Origin: Mobula hypostoma
Lineage: Eukaryota
DNA: 64,000 nt
Reading direction: 5' to 3'
Assembly (NCBI RefSeq): GCF_963921235.1
Contig: NC_086097.1
Coordinates: 63,676,001-63,740,000 of the forward strand
This document shows positions 1 to 12,153 of this stretch, in pieces. Numbering within the stretch: the stretch's first letter is position 1; every line of letters starts with the position of its first letter. A model generated the notes under the pieces. The model was not told the origin of the DNA, made no database searches, and saw only the letters and a list, made by a program, of their open reading frames with translations. The position numbers and the translations under genes were made by a program.

Positions 1-93
1 TTCAATAAACTCTAGGAAGATGGGGTTACTCAATAATTATAATATTTGTCCTGACATGCCTTATCATAATTTATGTCTTTTTTATTGTATAAG

Positions 94-591
94 TGTAGCC
101 CCCTGGTAATCCTTAGGGTGGCTCCATTCGCTGTCGTCTAGGGAACAGCCCTCAGCCCCGCCAAACTGGGTAATTAAGTTTGTGTGGATGCTGTGTGATG
201 TACCCCACCCCGCCAAATAACAGACAATACACCATATACGATTAAATGAATTACAGTTTATGGATATTACTGGAACTATATAATTAATAGAGATAAAATA
301 TAAAAGGAAAATAAAAGGTGCCACACTTATCAAAGTTCAATCTCTTCATACACAAACAGCTGGAGCTCTAGTAACGATCCTTTCTTCGCCATTCGATCCC
401 CTCTGACCACCTCGACCTGCCGCCTGGGACCACAAGAAAGAATAACATGGACACCCATTGGTTCAATGACTCTCTTATCAATAATATAACCCAAACAATC
501 TACCAGCAAGAGAACTTTCTCAGCATTTAACAGAACAAAGAAGCCATTTTAATTAGCCTACACAGTAACATAAAAGAAGAAACCCCTTACA
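94..591. mobile_element. Solo LTR, probably Ty3/Gypsy
   Basis: Begins TGTAG and ends TTACA (TGTA...TACA inverted ends); 4-bp direct repeat TAAG at 90-93 and 592-595; 498 bp, no recognisable coding sequence. Confidence 0.7.
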
Positions 592-1493
592 TAAGGAAAT
601 CATTAATACAGCAATTCAAACTCAGACAAGTGCACCTATTTACAAAGGTAATCTACCTAACTCTGATATAATCCTATGAATACCCTATGATGTTTCCATA
701 TCTTGGGTGAACTTTTTAATTATTTTATACTTAACATAGGTACCACAAGTTTTTCTGCCTCTGAATTTTCAGATGTAATGATTCTAAATGTGTGATATAG
801 AATCAAAGGGGTGAATGTTGGATCGGACTGTATAATTGTTATTTCACTTGCAGTTTAACTTTCTTATGATTATTTGTATTTTAAATCATATCCAATATAC
901 ATATAATTTGTACTTTAGTGATTACAGTTGCCTTTGTACATTTTTGGAAACGTCCTAGTTTCAGTAGTGGGTATCACATTACTTGAATTGGGACTATCTT
1001 GTTGGTTAACTGTTATCCATGGAAATTCAATGGAATTAGTGGTCTATTATAAAAAGACCAGACCATCTTAGTTTGATCTTTTTGTTCTTCCTTTGCCACT
1101 AAGGTCTCTTCTTTTACTCTCTCCTCTCTTTCCATTCCCCTCATTTCTTTTGTTCTTGTAACACTTAATAAAAAAAGTTTTATGCCTCATTCTTGATTTC
1201 TAAAGAACCCTGGATTGCAAAAACATCAGGATCCAACACCCGTTTATTGTTATTCTGTTGACTCTCTGTAAACCAATCCTCAATCCAAGCCAGTATATTG
1301 CTTTCTCTTCTCTTGTTGTTGTTGTTTATATAATCTCTTGTGGCACCTGGTAGAGTCTTGCAAAAGGTCCAAATCTATCACAATCACTGTTCTGTCCTGA
1401 TCTATTCTGCTAGCTGTAACTCAAAAATTCTGACAGAATGATCAAATATGTTTTCCTTTCATAAGTCCATATTTTCCATGTTTCCCCCCAGGG

Positions 1494-1755
1494 GTAGGGA
1501 ATCAAAGGTTCAAGGCAATGTGTGAAAACTTCAAAAGGGACATGAGGGGAAACTTCTTCACACAGAGGCTGCCAGTGGAAGTGGTTCAGGCAAGTGCAAT
1601 CACATTTAAAAGGTATTTGGACAGGCACATAGATAGGAAGGGTTCAACGGGACTTGGGCCAAACACAGGCAAATGGGACTAGCTGAGATGGGTACCTTAG
1701 TCAGCACAGACAAGCTGGGCTGAATAACTTCTTTCCCTCCTTTATTATTCTATGA
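1494..1755 (+). mobile_element. Old CR1-clade LINE 3' fragment
   Basis: Resembles the 3' end of the CR1 copies here (AACTTCTTCACACAGAG ... TTCTATG tail). Confidence 0.5.
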
Positions 1756-2701
1756 CTTTTCTTGTGTATTCTTTCTATCTAAAGTAAACCTTCCAATTTT
1801 AAAGTTATTGCCGATTTACTATCCTCTTTATCTTAAAGTGTTGTATTTTTCATGCATCTAAAATCCTGCAGTCCCATTCCAGATGCAGGAGTCACAATAC
1901 ACCATGGAGGGCCCTATCTGTATGGCAGAAAGAGACCAAGCATTTCAAAGATCTGAAATGCTATTTGGCAACTCTTTGTAAATGACTTTAGTTGATAAAC
2001 AAGTCTGCCTGTGGCAGAATATTGCAGCCACTTCTGTGTTTCTCAGGGGAACTACAATCATGAAAAGCAGTAAATAACTCTTTTCTCCAAGCAGCCAGCC
2101 TGTCATTTGACAAGAAGCAACAACAAAAAGCATTTTCAGACGCCAGTTAAAGAAGGAAAATGTAACAAGGTGTTTTATAAGAGAAAAATAGACATTGTGC
2201 TGCTGGAAAAATTATCAAGATGGACAGTTAATAGATTACTTTGAAGTGGGGAAAATTCTGAAGATAACAACAGCTTTGAACTGCTGTTGCTAATGAACTA
2301 CTAATTTTAAACCACTAAAATTAAAATAAACTTCTCCTTGAAAACCACATGGAAAGGCAGAATCTCCGGATTTGACATTGAGCCACAGACATGATTGGTG
2401 GATTTAGTGCAACCCCATTTTTGGGTTCACTGACCAACGCTAAAAAGGTTCCTAAAGGAAAGTGGTTCATTTTTCTTTATCATAATGTGTTTGGTTAATT
2501 TACATACTTAATATACTTTTGATAAATTCATTATTTTTAAATCACTATTAATGATTTTGTTAAGGATTTTAATAGTTTCTGAATGATTCCAAACACTTTC
2601 CAAACATCAGAAAAAAATTATAAACATTAGGAAAGCCATTTTCTAACCTCTAATTGTTAGTTATCTGAACTTCATGTTGAGCAGCAAACTAGTTATTAGT
2701 T

Positions 2702-2835
2702 AGCAACACATAATATCCTAAAAGAATCCAGCAAATATTTGAACAACTGATCCAGGGTTTCAGCATGAAACATCGACAATCTCTTTCATCCCACTGATGC
2801 TACTCAACCTGCTGAGTTCTTCCAATAGAGTGAAT
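2702..2835. mobile_element. Degenerate inverted pair of Penelope 3' tails
   Basis: Minus-oriented tail remnant (AGCAACACA...CAGCA), then a plus-oriented decayed hammerhead tail (CTGATCCAGGGTTTCAGCATGAAACATCGAC...CCTGCTGAGTTCTTCCA). Confidence 0.45.
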
Positions 2836-2979
2836 GATATGACAATAATACAGTACTACAAAGAATGCACATCCCATCATTATCTTGAGCAATAGAACTA
2901 TAATATGAAAACACGCTGATTCAGAGTGAATAACATACCTATGCTTTGAGGTATACAATGCTAGTATCTTTTCATTAAC

Positions 2980-3201
2980 ATAAAAGTTGCTGGTGAACGC
3001 AGCAGGCCGGGCAGTATCTCTAGGAAGCGGTGCAGTCGACGTTTCAGGCCGAGACCTTTCGTCAGGGTCCTGACGAAGGGTCTTGGCCTGAAACGTCGAC
3101 TGCACCTCTTCCTAGAGATGCTGCCTGGCCTGCTGCGTTCACCAGCAACTTTTATGTGTGTTGCTTGAATTTCCAGCATCTGCAGAATTCCTGTTGTTTG
3201 C
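2980..3201. mobile_element. Palindromic Penelope-tail insertion with 14-bp TSD
   Basis: Arms 2978-3066 and 3069-3157 are reverse complements with 5 mismatches; sequence matches the Penelope 3' tail at 30241-30372; TSD ATCTTTTCATTAAC at 2966-2979 and 3202-3215. Confidence 0.9.
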
Positions 3202-4389
3202 ATCTTTTCATTAACTATCACTTTTATTTATATGATTATTCCATGGACTTTGGTACTCATACAAGTTACAGAAATTCTAATTTAATTGATCTGTTCAATT
3301 ATTTGTTTTTTTTTGTTCTCAGTGCATTAAATATATTAAATCAGTTATTGAGTTTCATCTATAGACAGAGCATTCTAGCAATCTAATTTCTTCTATAAAA
3401 TGTAGGCTCCTTTTTCAGGATTGAATTACTGAATGAATGATTGAAGAGGCTGTATTAGAAACATCCTCTCATCAACTATTTTTAGCTGGACTATGAAAAG
3501 TTTGATTCGGGTTGAGGTTGCCTCATTTTAATTAGGGTTCAGATAAAGTTATTGCCATAATAATACAAACAAGATTGGTAAGAATGTGAAATTTCATTTC
3601 ATGTTCTTATTGTTTAGATAAAATGTCAAAATTGTAGTTTAGGAGCTTGTGAAAACGAACACAGCATACAACAAAACATAAACATTGTTTTTGAAATTTC
3701 ATTTCTTCTCTGTATTGAAAGATAATGTAATAGCTTTACTATGTATTACTTCAGATAGATTATTCTATTACAGTGTGATTAATTATTTATAAGGTAATGG
3801 TACTCTTCCAGAGAAACCATCATAAAGATCAGTAAACTGCTATTTTTCTATTTTCCAAACGATTGTTTGGAATATTTGTCAAATTGGTAATTTAGTGAAT
3901 TATCCATTACGCATGAAAAGTAAGGGATAGATTTTATGAACTGGTACTGCAGCTGAGTATCTTTTCGGAATGACAGTACACATTTTGAATTCAGGTGCTT
4001 TGGCCATGCTCTGCATGAGTTATATCCATTAAAATTAATACAGAACAGTCTCGACTAGAATACTAATTCGCAATCCTTAACTCAAGAATAACTTCAAGTA
4101 ACGTGGCTGAGCTCTCAAAATTTAGTGTTTCTCAGCACATCAGTATACATTGTTCCAACTTGCATGCAACATTTAGGAATGCGAGAAGCACAATGAAACT
4201 AGATAGTGCTTATTTTGGAGTGTTATGAAAATCCTTATCGGTCCAGACTTTGAATCACACAAGTTATGCTAGATGCCTCATCAGTATGTGATATCAAGAG
4301 GTATAGCCTCTTATTTGGGGAAAGCTAACATTGCCTCATATGGGATAAACCATACAGATAATATTCCCTTATTATTGTCATACTTTCTC

Positions 4390-4670
4390 ACAACACAGGA
4401 GGAGGCCACTGAATCCATCAGGTCTATGCTGGCTCCCAGAACATTTCTCTCAGTCCTATTTGTCCACTTATTTCCCTGTAATCTATTCTATTTCACATTC
4501 CCGTCAATTCCTCCAGATTCTCCTGCTGGCTACCTACACTTTGGTACACTGAGGGAAACCAGCATGTCTAGGGAACATCCATGCAATCACTGGGAAACTA
4601 TACAAATACCACTGGAACAGCACTTGTCAGGATTCAACCCGATTCACTGTAGCTGAGTAGCAGAAGTGCT
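4390..4670 (-). mobile_element. Decayed SINE, V-SINE/HE1-like
   Basis: Pattern resembles elasmobranch V-SINEs; recognised by eye only. Confidence 0.35.
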
Positions 4671-6394
4671 AACAGGTGATTGGATTGCGCATGAGAAAGA
4701 TTGACTAGACTGGGCCCAATCTTTCTAGAATTTAGCAGATAAAAAGGTGTAAAGTTCTGAGGGGTAAACGCTGAGAATATGTTTCCTCAAGTGCTGTAAT
4801 CCAGAACCAGGAAGCATACTCTGGCGATAAAGGGTAGCCCATTAGACTGAGATAATAAGGATGTTCTTCTCTTGTAGTGTTGTGAATCTTTGAACTTTTC
4901 TACCCCACAGAGTTGTAGATACTGAAATAATGTATATCAAGCCTGAGATAAACGCATTTTTGTAGTACAAAGGAATCAAGGATATTCAAGAATCAGGCAC
5001 AAAAGTAAAGGTGATCTTACTGAATAGCAACACATCCCAGCTGTATGGATTCCTGCTATTTTTATTTGTTCGGTTTTTATAAATGTTAACCACTGATAAC
5101 ATTTGGCTTGCAAGCATGTGCACTCTAAACAGTCACTGAGAAATGTAAAGTAGGCAGATCATGCTGTCTATGAACCTGAAATGATGATTTATCACCAGCA
5201 GTGCTGTCTTAGAGCTTAGCGCTCCAGCTCACACCCACTCTTACAATTGAAAAGCTGAACATGCTTTCGGCAGTAAGAAGGGCCAGCCCACCAGTGCTAT
5301 TTAAAGGGATCATGGAATAAATGCACTCTTTGATTTCTATGAACTGTTGCTGAGATAATTCAAGTACTTGATCCTTTCTGAAGTTGGTTCAAGCTGCAGG
5401 GGCCTACAAAGAGTGTAGTGTCAGGACCAAAGGACATTTTCCTAACAGCACAAAACAGCTTTTCGCAAATAGGGGTACATGAAAAGACATTCTTCTTCTG
5501 ATGTAGCATTACTGGAGGAATGAGCAAAGGGTTACAGTGGAGGACAAGCTGTTGGAAAGGGGAGAGAGAGTGAAGAGCATTCTGAAGATCTGCCTAGGGT
5601 ACAAAGGAAGCAGGTCTTCAATCTGAACCTTGGTAAGGAAAAGCAGGTGAGACATCTATGTTTCCACAAAAATGTCCTCACAGAAATCTGTACTCTGCCA
5701 CATCATAATGCAGGTTCAAAGTAAGGTAATGATCCATATGCAACTGCTTTCAATGTGAACAAAACAAAAAAAATATGTCTTTCAATCCTTCCAGTTTGGA
5801 GCTGAGGTGTTTACAACATCTGGTAATTTACTGTTCATTGTTGAACATGGAAGATCAGTAATGTTCTCGATTCATCATGCATTAATTATATTTCAGTCAC
5901 TCTTGCCAGGTACCAACAGGCAGAGGGAACACATGATAACATTCATAGACACAATGCAGGCTCGCCAATATATACTTTCCCTCATGGGTACTGCATAACA
6001 ACTCTCTCCTGAACTAAATCCCAAAACATTCGAGGTTCCAATCACTCAGTACCAAGCTGATGTAAAACAGCAGAATAAGCAGGATCAATGCTCATTATCC
6101 TATCAACGCCTTCATTCTGAAACAGTCTACCATGCGGTATGCACATCTGCCATCATGGTAAGTTTTGTTGGGAAAGGTTACCACTAATTATATAGTTAAT
6201 GAGTACTTTGTACAACTCATGCATGAGCTGAATAAAAGGCAAGCTGCCAAGTGAAATATGATGGTTGTGAGTACAGAACTGTGTTTTCATCTATATCTTT
6301 TGCAGCAATATTCAGCAGGCTAAAGCCAAGAAGTGCCAACAAATATTTGGGCTGGGATGAAGCCCAAGGGAAATAGTCATTAAGTCAGGCACGG

Positions 6395-6975
6395 TCTGGG
6401 ATCTTTAGCAGAGAGTGATGAATCCATGGAATTCTTTGCCACGGGTAGTGGTTAATTGATTCCTGACAGGTCAGGGCATGAAGGGATATGGGGAGAAGGC
6501 AGGAGATTGGAGCTGAGAAGAAAATTGGATCAACCATGATGACATGGAGGAGCAGACTCGATGGGCCAAGTGTCTATTTCTGCTCCTATATCTTATGGTC
6601 TTCTGTGGACATCAGACAGAGTTCATCACTTCAGAAAATCTTTGGTGGTCAGGAATTTACCGGCACTGAGCCATGGAAGTTTTTGCTGCTGCCTCACAAC
6701 ATCAAGTTCAATCTGACCTCAGGTACAGTCTAAAAAAAGTTTGCAGATTCTGCCTGCAGCCCTAGATTTCCACCCAATTCTCCTGCTTCCTTGCAAATGT
6801 CGCACTGGTAGTTTAATTGACCAGTACAAATCATCTTTTGTCTTGGTAAGAAACAAATGAATTAAAAAGAGATTTGATGAGCTTGTGTGATAGTGTGAGT
6901 CTCTCATGGGCTTGCTCTGTTGAAGGTTAGCAGGGATTCAATGGAATGAATGGCCTCCCTCTGTTTTGTAATTAA
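6395..6975 (+). mobile_element. Decayed CR1 3' tail (about 6395-6602) plus V-SINE-like element (about 6660-6975)
   Basis: CR1-type terminus GATGGGCCAAGTG...TCTGCTCCTATATCTTATGGTC, followed by a SINE-like segment GCTGCTGCCTCACA...TGAATGGCCTCC. Confidence 0.4.
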
Positions 6976-8725
6976 TAAGTAGTTTTGGCCAGCACTACCA
7001 CCTCTTGTGCTATTAACCTCTACTTCTTGGTACCTTCCACCCCTTATCAGCGACTCAGAACCTGTTTAATTTCTAACTTTTCCCAATACTGATAAAATAT
7101 CAATAACATATAAAAACAGGAGCAGGAGTAGGCAGGCTCCCCAGCATCCCAAACCTGCCCCACCAATGAATATGATTGTAGCTGATCCCTGGCAGGTCTC
7201 ATCTCCTTTTCTTTGCTAGATCATTCCTACAGACCACATTTCCCTGATATTTCTAACACTTATCTACTTCCTCATTAAATGACATTCATTGATCCCACGT
7301 CCATAACGTTCAGAGGTACTGAATTCCACACATTCACCTCCCTCTGTTAGAGGTCCCTATGTACCTCAGTTTTAAATGACTGTCATACGATTTTGTAACT
7401 ATTGCCCCTCATTCAAGATTTTCCCATTAGTGGAAAGAAGCTGAAGTATTGGTTACATTACTCATACCTATCAAGCCTTAAGGACTGCCATTATTTTTTA
7501 TTTTCTTTTCTAAGCTCTGCTTTATAGCTTTGAAATAAAGATGGAAGAAAGAAGCTGGAGTGCATCCAAGATGGTCTCCTTAATTTTTGTCGTAAGAACC
7601 AGTGTAACAAGAGAATTAGCCTCCAAAGCTTAAACTCTTGCTTTCCATTGATGAGAACCGATAAAGTAATTTCATCTGGAATGTTAATTCTATTTCTCTC
7701 TTCTGACCTACTAAGTATTTCCAACATTTTCCGATTTCATTTAAAATTGTGCTTGTGAAATATATACAAACGTATGTATGTCCACTGGTCTCTAACAGTA
7801 ACAACCCATAGCTGAAAAGAAATCAATCAACATATGATATAAACGTATTGTCTTCCTAATAATATACCTCTCCATCAGACAGAATAATGTGGAATAAATT
7901 GATACAATGGATCATGAACTGGCTGCTTGTCTTTGGACAATGCTATTTCTGAGGAATTCTTTGGAGAACAGGCACAATATTGCCAATAGGCTATGGATTT
8001 TCACTGGCTTCAGAAAGAATCTGGAAAATGTTACTGGGTGATATGCATAAAGAGTTTAGGAGTCTAAAAAGAAAATAAAGATACATTTATATCGCACCTC
8101 TAGATTTCCTTCCAGAACATCTCAAAACAATCTAAAATCAAAGAAGAATTTTTATATGTTAGTTATATTGTAGAAGAGAAGAAAGATGTTCACCCAGAGA
8201 ATAGTAAATCTTTGAAGTTCTCCATTACGAGGGGGCTGTGGAGGTTATCTAGGAACATATTTAATTCAGAGATTGCGAGATCTTTAGATATGAAGAGAAT
8301 CATGGAATATACAACTAGTGAAGAAAAGAGGTGCTGATGCAAAAGATCAGCCATCGTCTTACTCAATGACAAAGAAAGCTGGAAAGGTGAATAGCTATTA
8401 CTGCTTCGATCTCTTGCATTCTTTTCTCTGTTCCACCCATTAGCCTGGTACTCCCAAATAAACCTTATCAAGTAGCATTTGGACACATCATTCATAAGTC
8501 CCAGCACATCCTATCATGAATATTACTATTCCAAACCCTACTCCCACAATTCACTGCATCAATAATTGCCGCCCTTTCACTAGGACGAGTGTATCAATAT
8601 TCAGTGAATCTCACAAACATATTTTCCTCTTGTACAGCACGTTAGTAGGTCTGCATTGGCATGCCACTATCAAGGAAATTCAGAATCAGGTTTACCTATG
8701 TCATGAAATCTGTTGTTGTTGCAGT

Positions 8726-10517
8726 AGAAACATAGAAACATAGAAAATAGGTGCAGGAGTAGGCCATTCGGCCCTTCGAGCCTGCACCGCCATTTATTAT
8801 GATCATGGCTGATCCTCCAACTCAGAACCCCGCCCCAGCCTTCCCTCCATACCCCCTGACCCCCGTAGCCACAAGTGCCATATCTAACTCCCTCTTAAAT
8901 ATAGCCAATGAACTGGCCTCAACTGTTTCCTGTGGCACAGAATTCCACAGATTCACCACTCTCTGTGTGAAGAAGTTTTTCCTAATCTCGGTCCTAAAAG
9001 GCTTCCCCTCTATCCTCAAACTGTGGCCCCTCGTTCTGGACTTCCCCAACATCGGGAACAATCTTCCTGCATCTAGCCTGTCCAATCCCTTTAGGATCTT
9101 ATACGTTTCAATCAGATCCCCTCTCAATCTTCTAAATTCCAGCGAGTACAAGCCCAGTTCATCAAGTCTTTCTTCATATGAAAGTCCTGCCATCCCAGGA
9201 ATCAATCTGGTGAACCTTCTTTGTACTCCCTCTATGGCAAGGATGTCTTTCCTCAGATTAGGGGACCAAAACTGCACACAATACTCCAGGTGTGGGCTCA
9301 CCAAGGCCTTGTACAACTGCAGTAGTACCTCCCTGCTCCTGTACTCGAATCCTCTCGCTATAAATGCCAGCATACCATTCGCCTTTTTCACCGCCTGCTG
9401 TACCTGCATGCCCACTTTCAATGACTGGTGTATAATGACACCCAGGTCTCGTTGCACCTCCCCTTTTCGTAATCGGCCACCATTCAGATAATAATCTGTT
9501 TTCCTATTTTTGCCACCAAAGTGGATAACTTCACATTTATCCACATTAAATTGCATCTGCCATGAATTTGCCCACTCACCCAACCTATCCAAGTCACCCT
9601 GCATCCTCTTAGCATCCTCCTCACAGCTAACAATGCCACCCAGCTTCGTGTCATCCGCAAACTTGGAGATGCTGCATTTAATTCCCTCATCCAAGTCATT
9701 AATATATATTGTAAACAACTGGGGTCCCAGCACTGAGCCTTGCGGTACCCCACTAGTCACCGCCTGCCATTCTGAAAAGGTCCCGTTTATTCCCACTCTT
9801 TGCTTCCTGTCTGCCAACCAATTCTCCACCCACACCAATACCTTACCCCCAATACCGTGTGCTTTAAGTTTGCACACTAATCTCCTGTGTAGGACCTTGT
9901 CAAAAGCCTTCTGAAAATCCAAATATACCACATCCACTGGTTCTCCCCTATCCACTCTACTAGTTACATCCTCAAAAAATTCTATGAGATTCGTCAGACA
10001 TGATTTTCCTTTCACAAATCTATGCTGACTTTGTCCGATGATTTCACCGCTTTCCAAATGTGCTGTTATCACATCCTTGATAACTGACTCCAGCAGTTTC
10101 TCCACCACCGACGTTAGGCTAACCGGTCTATAATTCCCTGGTTTCTCTCTCCCTCCTTTTTTAAAAAGTGGGGTTACATTAGCCACCCTCCAATCCTCAG
10201 GAACTAGTCCAGAATCTAACGAGTTTTGAAAAATTATCAGTAATGCATCCACTATTTCTTGGGCTACTTCCTTAAGCACTCTAGGATGCAGACCATCTGG
10301 CCCTGGGGATTTATCTGCCTTCAATCCCTTCAATTTACCTAACACCACTTCCCTACTAACATGTATTTCGCTCAGTTCCTCCATCTCACTGGACCCTCTG
10401 TCCGCTACTATTTCTGGAAGATTATTTATGTCCTCCTTAGTGAAGACAGAACCAAAGTAATTATTCAATTGGTCTGCCATGTCCTTGCTCCCCATAATCA
10501 ATTCACCTGTTTCTGTC
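8726..10517 (-). mobile_element. Young 5'-truncated CR1-clade (HER1-like) LINE with open RT frame 8822-10501
   Basis: [46 protein letters not shown]; (TTTCTATG)n-type tail; TSD-like TGCAGT at 8720-8725 and 10518-10523. Confidence 0.95.
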
Positions 10518-11824
10518 TGCAGTGCAAGACATCAATAATTATTACGTCACAATAAAAATAAAATAAATAAATAGTACAAAAGAGAAAAAGTGAGTTAGTG
10601 TTCATTGGTTCATAGATCATTCAGAAATCTGATGGCCGAGAGAAAAAACATAGAAACATAGAAAATAGGTGCAGGAGTAGGCCATTCGGCCCTTTGAGCC
10701 TGCACCGCCATTCAGTATGATCATGGCTGATCATCCAACTCAGAACCTTGTACCTGCCTTCTCTCCACACCCCCGATCCCTTTAGCCACAAGGGCCATAT
10801 CTAACTCCCTCTTAAATATAGCCAATGAACTGGCCTCAACTGTTTCCTGTGGCACAGAATTCCACAGATTCACCACTCTCTGTGTGAAGAAGTTTTTCCT
10901 CATCTCAGTCCTAAAAGGCTTCCCCTTTATCCTTAAACTGTGACCCCTCATTCTGGACTTCCCCAACATCAGGAACAATCTTCCTGCATTTAGCCTGTCC
11001 AATCCCTTTAGGATTTTATACGTTTCAATAAGATCCCCCCTCAATCTTCTAAATTCCAGCGAGTATAAGGAAGGCAACGGGCCCAGATGGCATCCCAGGA
11101 CAGGTTCTCCGGGCCTGTGCAAGCGAGCTAGCTGGAGTGTTTGCTGACATCTTCAGCTACTCCTTGCTTCAGTCTAAGATCCCCTCGTGTTTTAAGAAGG
11201 CAATGATAATCCCAGTGCCGAAGAAGAACAAGGTGGCATGCCTGAATGACTATCGAGCTGTGGCTCTGACATCAGTTGCTATGAAGTGCTTCGAGAGATT
11301 GATTATGGCACACATCAACCACAGCCTACAGGTCAACCTTGACGCTTTGCAATTTGCCTACCGGAGCAACAGGTCAACATCAAATGCCATCTCTCTGGCC
11401 CTACATTCCTCCTTAGAACACCTGGAGAATAAAGACGCATAAGTAAGGCTCCTTTTCATTGACTACAGCTCTGCCTGTAATACCATCATTCCAAATGAAC
11501 TGATTCCTAAGCTCCGGAACCTGGGCCTTAGCACTCAGATCTGCAGCTGGGTCTTCAACTTCCTCACAGACAGGACCCAGGCTGTAAAAATAGGGAACAA
11601 GCTCTCCTCTACAATCACTCTGAGCACCGGTGCCCCACAAGGCTGTGTACTCAGCCCCCTGCTGTACTCATTGTACACCCATGATTGTGTAGCCAAGTTT
11701 CCATCAAACTCAATATATAAGTTTGCTAACAACAGGAATTCTGCAGATGCTGGAAATTCAAGCAACATACATCAAAGTTGCTGGTGAACGCAGCAGGCCA
11801 AGCAGCATCTATAGGAAGAGGCGC

Positions 11825-11860
11825 AGTCGACGTTTCAGGCCGAGACCCTTCGTCAGGACT
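11825..11860 (-). ncRNA. Minimal type I hammerhead ribozyme motif
   Basis: Minus strand reads AGUC-CUGACGA-AGG-GUCUCGG-CCU-GAAA-CGUC-GACU: complete core, stem I AGUC/GACU, stem II AGG/CCU, GUC site. Confidence 0.8.
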
Positions 11861-12153
11861 AACTGAAGGAAGAGTGAGTAAGGGATTTGAAAGCTGGAGG
11901 GGGAGGGGGAGATGCAAAATGATAGGAGAAGACAGGAGGGGGAGGGATAGAGCCGAGAGCTGGACAGGTGATAGGCAAAAGGGGATACGAGAGGATCATG
12001 GGACAGGAGGTCTGGGAAGAAAGACAAGGGGGGGGTGACCCACAGGATGGGCAAGAGGTATATTCAGAGGGACAGAGGGAGAAAAAGGAGAGTGAGAGAA
12101 AGAATGTGTGCATAAAAATGAGTAACAGATGGGGTACGAGGGGGAGGTGGGGC

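Noticed and set aside
2800..3386. Mirror ORFs beginning MQSTFQA on both strands
   Set aside because: A by-product of the palindromic Penelope tail, not genes.
5200..6200. Possible decayed DNA transposon, or a plus-strand exon ending ATG|GTAAGT near 6157
   Set aside because: No interpretable reading frame, termini or TSD could be established by eye.
7772..7811. Possible 40-bp minus-strand exon (TTTTCAG acceptor, GTTTGT donor)
   Set aside because: Weak donor, no recognisable peptide and no partner exons.
8799..9914. Long plus-strand ORFs (230 aa, 134 aa) and similar ones at 15717-16271 and 23978-24682
   Set aside because: Antisense shadows of CR1 ORF2 that recur in every copy; no independent gene signal.
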